Source: Torpedo marmorata
Lineage: Eukaryota
Assembly: GCA_977017645.1 (NCBI GenBank)
Contig: OZ360246.1
Coordinates: 27,528,001-27,592,000, forward strand
Direction of reading: 5' to 3'
DNA length: 64,000 nucleotides
The notes beneath the pieces are model-generated. The model ran no database searches, was not told the origin of the DNA, and worked only from the letters and a program-made list of their open reading frames with translations. Positions 1-9,667 of this stretch are shown here, one piece after another. The position numbers and the translations under genes are program-made. Numbering within the stretch: the stretch's first letter is position 1; every line of letters begins with the position of its first letter.

Positions 1-325
1 AGCTTTAACATTTCCTCCCCCACTCCCCAAAATATTTTCTGGAAACCTTTGTGATTTTTGAATCAAATTTACAGCAATAGCGCATAGAAGCATGTGACCC
101 ACCAGGTCTGTCAGTAACGTCTGTCTGTAAATGTATGTTTGAATGGTGACGTAAGACTCAAATACAAAATTTAATAACATTTTAAAATTGGTCTCCTTTC
201 TCAAACACTTACTGTGTTGTGGCATCACTACCCAAACTGTTGTTCTTTCCCCAGAGAATTCTTTCCTTCTCTCTCCAACCCGATATAAATTTAACATATT
301 CCTAATTTTAGCGATCTTGTAGCAG

Positions 326-455
326 TTGATCTGCATAGGTTGGACGCAAAGCCAGTTTTATTTAGCGCTATGACTAAACGAAAGAGCATCTTCCAAGAAA
401 GATCACATTTTAAGATCGTATAGGGCATAAAGTGCTTGTTATTCCACTATTTTAA
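326..455. repeat. Left arm of inverted repeat flanking SPEN promoter/exon 1
   Basis: Reverse complement aligns to 1922-2086; 326-351 is a perfect 26-bp match to 2061-2086. Confidence 0.9.
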
Positions 456-469
456 GCACAGAGTAGTCT

Positions 470-1750
470 ACATCTCTGGTGTTCCGGCAGTGTCTCTACG
501 CTGCACTCCCTGTCAAGGCAGAGGCAGCACTGGCTGCCACAAAATGGCGGACTCTCCGGAACCTTCCATCGCCTTAAAATGGCGCCCGAGTGGAAAAGGG
601 GAGGGGGAGCAAAGTCAAGGGACAAAGGATTGAGAATGGACGATACTCCTGTTAAAGAAAACCCCACGAACGCAGCAGTTTTCTGATAAAGCTAGTGGTG
701 ACAAGCTCTTTTTGAAGGTTGTATTTCCTCATATCGGTCATTTCGGCGTTCAAGCCATCTAACAATCTTCCCATATCGTTCAGAACGTCCAGAATTTAGT
801 ATGAGTCGAAGGAGGCACTTATACACGGGTTAAACAGGTCTATTAAATGAAAATAGTGGATATCCCTGGAATTGCGCTCTCAGATTCCTCTCTATTCATC
901 GTGCTCCTGCGCCGACACCAGCCTTTCCAGAACTTTCCTCCCAGTCACTGTTGTAAGCTAAACACCAACTCGGCGCATTTGCGCAGCAAAACACTCCCAG
1001 TCCCTTTCTGCGCACGCGTATTTCTACTCCCGGCTCCTGCAGCGGTTGGAAACCCCCCCCCTTGCCAGGGCTGCATTTTCCGCGCATGCGTGGTTAACCC
1101 CGCTTCTTGCTCTGGGAGCAGAATGGTAAGACGACGTCACGCACGCGCAGTGGAGGTCCATTCTTTCGGCTGGGAAGTGGGAGTGGTGGGGGGGGGGAGG
1201 TGAGGAGGGAGCCAGGCGAGGATTTCTCAGCGCGTGCGCGTTGCGGCGTGGAGCCGAATCGACCCGGGAGTTTCGTGGCGCTTGCGCGCCCGCTGTGGCG
1301 GGTTCCGCGCATGCGTGATGCTGCTCAGTTTTCGGGTCTCGGGACGAACTGTTAGCGTCTTGGGGAAGAGAAAAAAAACGCGTCAGGTCGGGCGGCGCGA
1401 GCGAGTGTGTGTGTGTGCGTTAGCCTAATGGTGGGATTGTACCTCAAGGATTAACCCGGCCCTGGGGCCGGCACGATCCCGGACTTCCACACGCCGAAAA
1501 AAGGAGTCCCATGACTCGCTAAGAATGGTACGAGAAACCAGGCACCTCTGGGTGGGGAATTTGCCGGAAAATGTCCGCGAAGACAAGATTATCGAGCATT
1601 TTAAACGGTAAGTGGCCGCCCCCGCCCCCCACGAGATGTGGAGTAAACACTCTTTCCATGTATTATGGTGCGGGCCCGGCTGCGAGCCCGCAAAGGGGTG
1701 AACTGAAACCGGAGAAAGTGCCGGTGTCTTGCTGCAGCTGTGTGAGTGAA
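470..1750 (+). promoter_or_regulatory. SPEN: SPEN CpG-island promoter / 5' region
   Basis: CpG-dense ~900-1750; YY1-type AAAATGGCG at 541 and 576; NRF1-type GCGCATGCG at 1082 and 1308; CRE-like GACGTCA at ~1133; lies directly upstream of the SPEN ATG. Confidence 0.8.
1525..1607 (+). CDS. SPEN: SPEN coding exon 1 (start of RRM1)
   Basis: Translates MVRETRHLWVGNLPENVREDKIIEHFKR, the recognisable vertebrate SPEN N-terminus; 83 nt ending CG|gtaagt (phase 2). Confidence 0.97.
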
Positions 1751-1921
1751 AACACACACACACACACACACAAAGTTCACATCCTTCACTCCAGTAAAAG
1801 GGGTCACTGGCGGGCCCAGCAATATTCCTATTGTTGTGTGGCATTCTACAATATTGAAGCGATCTGCTGATACATGCTCATTAATTTCACCCTTCAGCGT
1901 TTTATTGCATAGAGAAGAACT

Positions 1922-2086
1922 TGAAAAATGAGATGGGACAAGCACGTTTTCTTATTTTAATTCTTGCCCTAAACCGATCGTGATTTGCCCTTTACGATTT
2001 TAAAATGTGATATTTCTTGGAAGATGCTATTTCGTTTCGCATAGTACTAAATAAAACGGTCTTTGCGTCCAACCTATGCAGATCAA
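1922..2086. repeat. Right arm of inverted repeat flanking SPEN promoter/exon 1
   Basis: 1984-2086 matches the reverse complement of 326-428 with few mismatches; weaker match continues at 1922-1945. Confidence 0.9.
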
Positions 2087-2390
2087 ATGGATATTTTTAA
2101 ATTGTGCATATTATATAATTAAAACGCAGTTTGCAATTAAATTAATGAATGTTGGACGTGTTAGTAGTTTGGAATGTTCCAGCCCCATGAGAGGGAAGGT
2201 TTGACTTGTGTTTGAGACACATGGGAGCTGTAATGGAGGATAGGGCTGTCTGTGGGAAATAGGACTGGGGGAGGGGAGCCCAACACATTTACTGATAGCA
2301 AAAGTCCTAACTGGCCCTTATCTGTGATCAGAAGCTGCTTGACCCGTTATTGTCAGAGAGAGAAAAAAAAACTTGCAGCCTCATGATAGA

Positions 2391-2633
2391 AGTAAAACAC
2401 GAAAAGTCTGCAGACACCGTGGTTGAAGTAAAAACACAATGCTGGAGAATCTCAGCATAGATCAAACAGGGTAGGTAAAGATACATAACCAACGTTTTGA
2501 GCTTGAGCCCTTCAAGGTATGAAGGGCTCTGCCTACATTTTGTTCATACCTTGATGAAGGGCTCAAGCCCGAAACGTTGGTGATGTATCTTTGCTATATA
2601 AATTACACTGCTGTTTCTCCAGCATTGTGTTTT
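2391..2633. mobile_element. Palindromic non-autonomous element (Penelope-like terminus derived) with hammerhead motif
   Basis: Arms AACACAATGCTGGAGAA...TTCTCCAGCATTGTGTT in inverted orientation; 14-bp flanking direct repeat agcctcatga(t/c)aga (2377-2390, 2634-2647); TTGATGA-A-GGGCTCAAGCCC-GAAACGTT at 2551-2578. Confidence 0.75.
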
Positions 2634-3409
2634 AGCCTCATGACAGACTTCTGTTAGCAGGAAGTATGTCACTAAAATGGTTTAAATTTAAAACAAAACG
2701 TTGATAGGAAGTTTTAGCTACTGCTTTGAAATACATTACAGTTGATCTGAGCAATAATGATCTTTCGAGTGTAGCTGCTGAGCTTCACAGTTTGTATCTT
2801 TTTAGAAAGATCCGAGTTGCAGTTCGAATTGTTTTTGTCAGTTTGGAATTTGAAAAAAATTATACCTTAATACATTGTACGAACATGGTTACGTGATGAA
2901 AGCTGGTTGCAAGTGTGCATGCTGTTTGTTTCCAACTTTAATTGTGTTTAAAACAGTGGTGGTATTGATGTAAAAGGAAATGATAAAATTGGGAAACTGA
3001 GCGGAGCGTGTGGTGCTGGCGTGAGTAAAATGGCGGACCCATTCTTTGCATCAAACCCCGCATTTGGCATTTGAAGCATGTACAGTACTCAGTCGGAGGA
3101 CTGTAGCAAAATCTAATTCACCATATTATGCATAATTATGTGATTTCAAAATGTTTAATAAATTGTTTTGAAAAACTTGCTTAAAGAGTCTCTAAATTTA
3201 AATTTGTCTTTAATCCGCATTAGTTTTTTAAAACATCTATAGCCAGAACTATTGGAAGATTTATCACAACTATTGGAAGTGCAGAAACTAAATCAATGGG
3301 GATATTATTTTAAACTAATGTGAAAAGGCTCATGAGTTATTTCCATGGAGGTATATTTATGAATTATAGAACGCAATAGGGATTTAACTCTGAAATCATT
3401 GCGATATTA

Positions 3410-3518
3410 AGTAAAAACACAATGCTGGAGAAACTCAGCAGGTCAAGCAGTGTACTTTAGATTGCAAAGATAAAGATAAATAACCAACGTTTCGGGCTTG
3501 AGCCCTTCATCAAGATAT
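3410..3518 (-). mobile_element. Single arm of the same family with hammerhead motif
   Basis: Same ACACAATGCTGGAGAAACTCAGCAGG head; minus-strand motif at 3486-3513; gatatta on both flanks. Confidence 0.7.
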
Positions 3519-5121
3519 GATATTAGGTACATCAGATTAATGGTTGACGGAAATATAACCATCTCAAGAAACTTATTGACTTGATCTGCAAGATTTTCTA
3601 CCTCGTGTTCAAAAAGCTGTATTTAAAGTCGTATTAATTTTGTCAAAAGGATGCAATATGCATTGTTCCAGCACGTCTCCGTCAGACGTTTCGATTCTCA
3701 TCAGGAGTAGGAGGCCATGTGCGGTGAAAAACAAAAGATAACAAGAGGAATCCAGTATAATTTGGTACATTCTATGTTTAGAGAAAGAATTTTAGTTATA
3801 AGCCCCTATCTTTTAGGTTGGTGATGAAGTTACAGTTGCTTAGTGATTTTTCAAAAGGACATTGAATTGTCAGCCTTAAGTTAGATCTAGTTATCAGTTT
3901 AGATTCAGTAGTATTGTAAGAGTTTTATCTAAAATCTCATATTAAGTCATAGATCATGCATTTAATGACTACGCATGGTCACTATGAAGATAAACAGGCG
4001 TTTTATTTGCCTTTTACAACCATTACATCGTGCTTTTTCAACATTAATGTCAAGGGTTTCTAGATTGCTTTACTCGTGTTGTAATTCTATTCCGTTTTTG
4101 CATTTGTATTTCAACGCATCCAGTACGTCATAACAATCTAAAGTATTTAATGACCAAAATGGTTACAAGAATCGAGTTTAGTTGCCGTTTGTAGAATATC
4201 TGGTGTCTACATTTATATTTAATTATAGAAGAGGGTTGTGTTTCTGATATAACAGTTTGAAATGCAAATAAGGCAGTTCCCACCCCTCCCCCACCGGAGA
4301 ACGCAAAATACGCGTAAGGGGGAGGGTGCAAAAGGTTTCAGATAGAAGCGATCTGGAACAGTGTTATACTTCAGGGGGAATGTCCAAATAAACCTATAGA
4401 TTGTGAAGCAAAACTCCAGCTAATTCATGGTGTTACAGTATTCAATTTTCGGTATCTTTTGTATTTGCACTATTTTCAGCGGGAGAATCATAAGGAAATC
4501 ATTAATATTTCTATGTTAAATAGCGTTAGATCGATACGTTTGTTTTCCGTCGTACACGCTTATATAATTGGGGAATAGTAAAAAAGTATAAACAAAGCGG
4601 GCGATGTTAGGTAGCTTGGATGCTTTTTCCAGCAAAAGGGAGAGTTGTCATTAAAATTCAAATCTTTTAAATTATATTGTCCACGCAGTGTTGTCATATG
4701 TTTGTGTGTATATATAAAAAAAATAGCCTAGTCTGGGCCATGAAGAGGGCGTGGCATCGTTCTGGTTTATTTTGCCAAAATAAGACTACTTTTATGAATA
4801 TAATTAAGACTCAATTGAAGTAACAGTCTAATTAGAACAATTATTAGTTAAGACTCAAGAGATTTAACATTTTCTGGAAATGTAATCAATCGATTTTAAT
4901 ACGCAATCAGGGTCAGGGTTTAATGATAGTTTGCACCTGTGATTTTAAAACAAAATACTTCCATATAATAAACATATGGAAGTTTCATCATATTGACTTT
5001 TTGTAATTTCATTTACGTTCTGACAGATATTTGAGTCAAATTCAAATTGGACATTTTCCATTAGTAATAGTAGTCATTAACTACTTTGATATATAATTTT
5101 CCCTCTGCTGTCATATGTATT

Positions 5122-5350
5122 TAAAGGTAAAGGTTCCATTATTGTCACGTAATACTACATTTAGAATGTGACATACATGAAATTCTTTAATTTTTGTCTA
5201 CTGTAAGGCAGACAGAGTCGCTACTTTGTCCAGCGACCCTCACAGAAACCTACAGCACCTGTGTTCCTAGGCGGTCTCCCCTCCAAGTATTGACCAGTTC
5301 TGTGCCTGCTTAGCTTCCAAGATCAGACAATCCCGGTCTTATTCAGGCTA
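5122..5350 (-). mobile_element. 5S rRNA-derived SINE (SINE3-like)
   Basis: Minus strand 5350-5247 aligns to 5S rRNA (CTGATCTTGGAAGCTAAGCAGG...TACTTGGAGGGGAGACCGCCTAGGAACACAGGTGCTGTAGG), 5'-truncated and mutated, followed by a non-5S body and LINE-like tail. Confidence 0.85.
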
Positions 5351-5884
5351 TATTATGATCCATGTGCATATTTCTGTAGTCATTTTTTTTCAAATAATAA
5401 AGAATTATTTTACCAACAAGTTATTAATTGAATTTTAAAATTTCTGATTAATTTAAACAATTGTTTTGTCCATTCACCATATTAAGGCTCATCGTTTTTA
5501 CTGATATGGGAAAAAATAGATTTATTCAGAAGTCTTTGACATGCATAAACTGAATTTTGCATTCCCTATTGGTCTGGGCTTCTTTCTGAGATCACTTCAG
5601 AAGAAGGCTAATGTAAGTTATGTCAGGATTGCAGTTGAGGTTGTTGCAGAATCATCCACTCAACTGCCCCACCTTCAAGACAGTTGCAGCTACGATAAAA
5701 TTTAAAAAACGGCAGTTTTTCTGAGGCCCAAAATATTTTAGAGATGTGTACAGTTATAGATTAATGTAGTTTGTGGAAGTCTCATAATTTTTCTTTTTAA
5801 TTTCATTTATGTTCTGTCTGATTCATATTGGATATTTTCCATTAACAACAGTGGTTGTTAAACTGCTTCACAATTATTTATATA

Positions 5885-6323
5885 CCGTATATTTTGGCGT
5901 ATAAGTCGACCTTCAGATAAGTTGGGTCCCCATTTTCAGCCTCATTTTCATGGTTTTATCATATATTGGGCGTATAATTCGACCCCCCAAAAATCGCGTT
6001 GACTAAGCTGTTGGGTGTTGCCGGAAAGTGGTTGTTATCATGGAGCCTCCAGCAAAACGACGAAACTATGAAGCGAGTAGGATTTTAAATGTGTGGTTTT
6101 TTTTTTTCAATAAAAATTTCTTTCTAATATACTGGTAGCTTGAAAATTTGTTGTAGGTTGGGTTCTTTTTTGGTATTTCAAGGGTCGTCTTATGCACCGA
6201 ATCTACGTCGAGCGGGTTTTTGAGTTGAATTTAAGGTCTCATTTTTGTATCTGGCGTATAAGTCGACTCCTGATTTTTGAGTGCTTTTTGAGGGTTTCAA
6301 GACTTATACGCCGAAATATACGG
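5885..6323. mobile_element. Tc2/pogo-type MITE
   Basis: TIRs CCGTATATTTTGGCGTATAAGTC / GACTTATACGCCGAAATATACGG, TA on both sides; internal TATAAGTCGAC repeats; short transposase-like start MEPPAKRRNYEAS. Confidence 0.85.
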
Positions 6324-7959
6324 TAACTACTTTGGCATCTGCTGTCATACTATGTATTTCTAATTTATGTGCATATTTATGATATACTGTAATTAAGTTG
6401 CATTCAGGCTGGTGTAATGATAAATTTGGGGTTGACATTGTATGGCTAGCAGTGAAAAGATAAAAAAAAATATATTTATCCAAAATTTCTGGCTCCAAAC
6501 CAGCAGTCGAGGTTTTTTGGCACAATATTCAACAAAGGTGCCAGCTGTTCTTGGCTGCGGTGCCTTCAGTGAGAGCTTTTAGTGTCTATACAAGGGGAAC
6601 AAAAAATATTCAGAGTGCAAGAATATTACTTGTGTAAAGCTCTGTATCAATAGTAATTTAAATATTCTTTGTTACATGAAAATTGGCTTTGATTTAGCAG
6701 AAGGATAAATAGCCTCCAATGATATCAAGTCTTGTGTAGGACCGAAGGCGAAAACATGACTTGGGCACCTCATTGAAGGAGAAATACAGCTTTATGTGGA
6801 ATGTGGCATTAAATTAAAGCTCAACCTGCTAATCAGATTGATGTAAAATATCAGTTTAAAAAAAAATAGTGTTCTCAGCAGATGTAGAGTGTTGCCACAC
6901 AAATTAATCTGTCATTTATGATATTGGTGCTCATATGATGTTGCTGCATACTAATTTGCTGGTGTATATACTTGCATCACAATGGTATTTATATTCAGTA
7001 GTAGATTATTTGTGAATTTTTTTTGGAGCATTCAGGGGATGAACTGCACAATCTAAATGCAAGTTCTTTACCTGATAACATTACACCTATTGTTTACAGC
7101 AGGTACACCTTAAATGTATCTTGTACATTAATCACATTTATTACAATTTTATATATTTTGTGATAATAAAAGGAACATTTGAATCTTTGGATTACTCCAT
7201 TGTATTAAGCTACATTATCAAGTTGGACAATCATCAGCTTTGAGCTGGGAAGAACAACTAGTTAAAGATTCTACCTGGACAAATCAGATTTGGTGGTGGT
7301 AACTGGAACACAGTTACTTACAAATGCTGTACACAGTTGAAATATTGAATGCAATGCTAATTTGATGGCATATTGAACAATACAGTTGTAATATTGGATT
7401 CACCTATTGAGTAAATGCACCCAGTCCCTGCAAAATTTTATGTGTGAAAATGTAAAGCTACTTTTAAAGTATTGAGAGTAGAAATATCAAGATGCTTGTA
7501 CTTAGTGTGAATATCGTGTACATTTTTGGAAAAAGTAGTACAGTATTTTGTAATTGTAGATTTGCTGGTTTCGTACTGGACTGAATGGAGATGGTTGGTT
7601 TTAAACAACATTGATGCAATTAGACCATTGGATATATATGGTTAATGACCACAGGTCATAAATCAATTTCCTACAACTGTTACATTGCATTGAGAAGTTA
7701 TTAGTAGATGCAGTAAGTCTTCTGTTGACGAGATGTATTCATCTGGGTAGGATCTACTTTAAGATATTCTGGTGCTTAAAGATACTATAGTTTCTGGGAA
7801 CTTGATTTTAAAGCAGTAAAGCACAAATCAGAACATTAGATAAACACTGTAGCTCAAAATTTTTTGCATATGCCCTTTTTAATTTTTAGATAACTAATTA
7901 GTTACACTATTTTTCCAACTTAATAAAATAGAATCCTGGTTTATGCAACCTGTTGTTAT

Positions 7960-8215
7960 AATCTGAAAGGATATTTCCTCGATGAGGAGGAATCCAGACA
8001 TTGGGATTCAATGAGATAGTTGTGAATCTTTGGAATCAGCTTTGGAGCCTGAATCAGACTGTGGAGGCTGAATCATTAAGTATATTCAGGATTCATTTGA
8101 AAGAATTTTTAGACTCCAGGGGAATCAGCATTTAAGGATACAGACAGGAAAATGGAGCTGAGACCAAAATCAGTTCGGCGATGATCTTATTGAATAGTAA
8201 TTCAAGCCTGAGGGT
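7960..8215 (+). mobile_element. Old CR1 LINE 3' fragment
   Basis: Degenerate match to the CR1 3' end seen at 46262-46620 (GTTGTGAATCTTTGGAAT...GATCTTATTGAAT). Confidence 0.55.
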
Positions 8216-8654
8216 TGTTTTTTTTATAATGCTCCTCTGTTCTTCTCATTTCACCAAACCTGTGGTTATTTGCCCAAATTTCTCCCGATGTGACTAGTTG
8301 CTAAACTTTGTTTGATATTGCTGTTGAACACCATTGGTTATTTTTATTATATTAAAGATGCGGAATGAATGCAAATTGTTGTGTTGTTTCTTCCAATGCC
8401 ATTATTTACCATTGCCATGCTTTGCTTGAAATAAAAGACAGGCAGCATAGATTTGTTATCAGAAAATTGCATCCAGCTAATTTGTATTCTCTTTTCATAT
8501 GGCAAGAGCAAAGGATGGCAGAAATATTGAATGTTAAAATTGCAATTTGAAGTGTTACAGCCAAAGGTGACATTTGTGCTAACAAATTAAGTTTTGCCAC
8601 TGTTGTCAAGTTAGAGAAAATTGACAAGAAATGTACATGAATTGAGTTGAGTAA

Positions 8655-8860
8655 TACACAAAAGTGCTGGAGAAACTCAGCAGGTAACGCAGCATCTATA
8701 GAAAGTAAAGGGTAACTGATGTTTTGGGTCTGAGCCCTTCATCAAAGTATGAGCAAAATCATAACCTTCACCATGGGCTCGGGCCCAAAATGTTGGTTAT
8801 CCTTTACTTCCTATAGATGCTGTGTTACTTGCTGAGTTTCTCCAGCTCTTTTGTGGATTG
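8655..8860. mobile_element. Palindromic element, same family as 2391-2633 (degenerate)
   Basis: CACAAAAGTGCTGGAGAAACTCAGC...GCTGAGTTTCTCCAGCTCTTTTGTG inverted arms. Confidence 0.75.
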
Positions 8861-9667
8861 CGCTACAATCACATCATCAACATGAATTAAGTCATTGTGT
8901 TTAACAAATAATCCCAAAATTCTGGTCTGCTAGACAATACAGATGGAACCATTAAATTTAGGATATATTTTTGCATGTCCCTCCTGTTTGGCCCAGAACA
9001 ATATTGAATGGTGATTGCAGCACATATGATTCAGCCATCCTATTTGTGAAAGTTGGTGGAGTACTGTAGAGGTCGCATGCAAGATTATTTGTGTTTGTGA
9101 GAATTGGTTTTTTTTTTTGGGACACCATTTCCCATGGTCTGCTGGTTTGAGTAACTGCATTTTAACATTTATTTCAGCTGCTCTCCATTCTGCTTCACTC
9201 ACTCTGATCCATCAGTCATGTCTTATCAAAAAAATTTCAATCTTTTTTCTGAAATATAAAAACGCTGCACACACTTGGCATATCATATGGAGAGAGAGAT
9301 GGAGTCTTTGATCTGAAAGGTTGCCTTTGTTTTTCTCTTCATAGTTGCTGCATGACCTGATGAGTATTTCTGGAATTTTCTATTTTGTTTCAATATAAGT
9401 TATTCAGGCTTGGCTGTTTGTTTTTGGAATATGTTTTGACCATTCATTATTTTGCACATATTTTTCTATTGTTTCTTTGACTATAGGTTCTATTATTTTT
9501 GGCCACCACTAAATATATTACTTATCATTTATTTTAATATGTTGGAGCTTTGGAAGTTAAATGCTACATTGAATTGATGTTTATGACCTTACCAACAAGT
9601 AGGTGGAACCATTTTTACAGGTGGCGAAATCCTCTAACAAAATTTTAAACTAACAATAATTATATAT

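Noticed and set aside
847-1945. Multiple ORFs over the CpG island
   Set aside because: GC-driven spurious frames; only the 1525-1607 exon matches a known protein.
5247-5350. Functional 5S rRNA gene
   Set aside because: 5'-truncated, many substitutions, solitary and fused to a retroposon tail.
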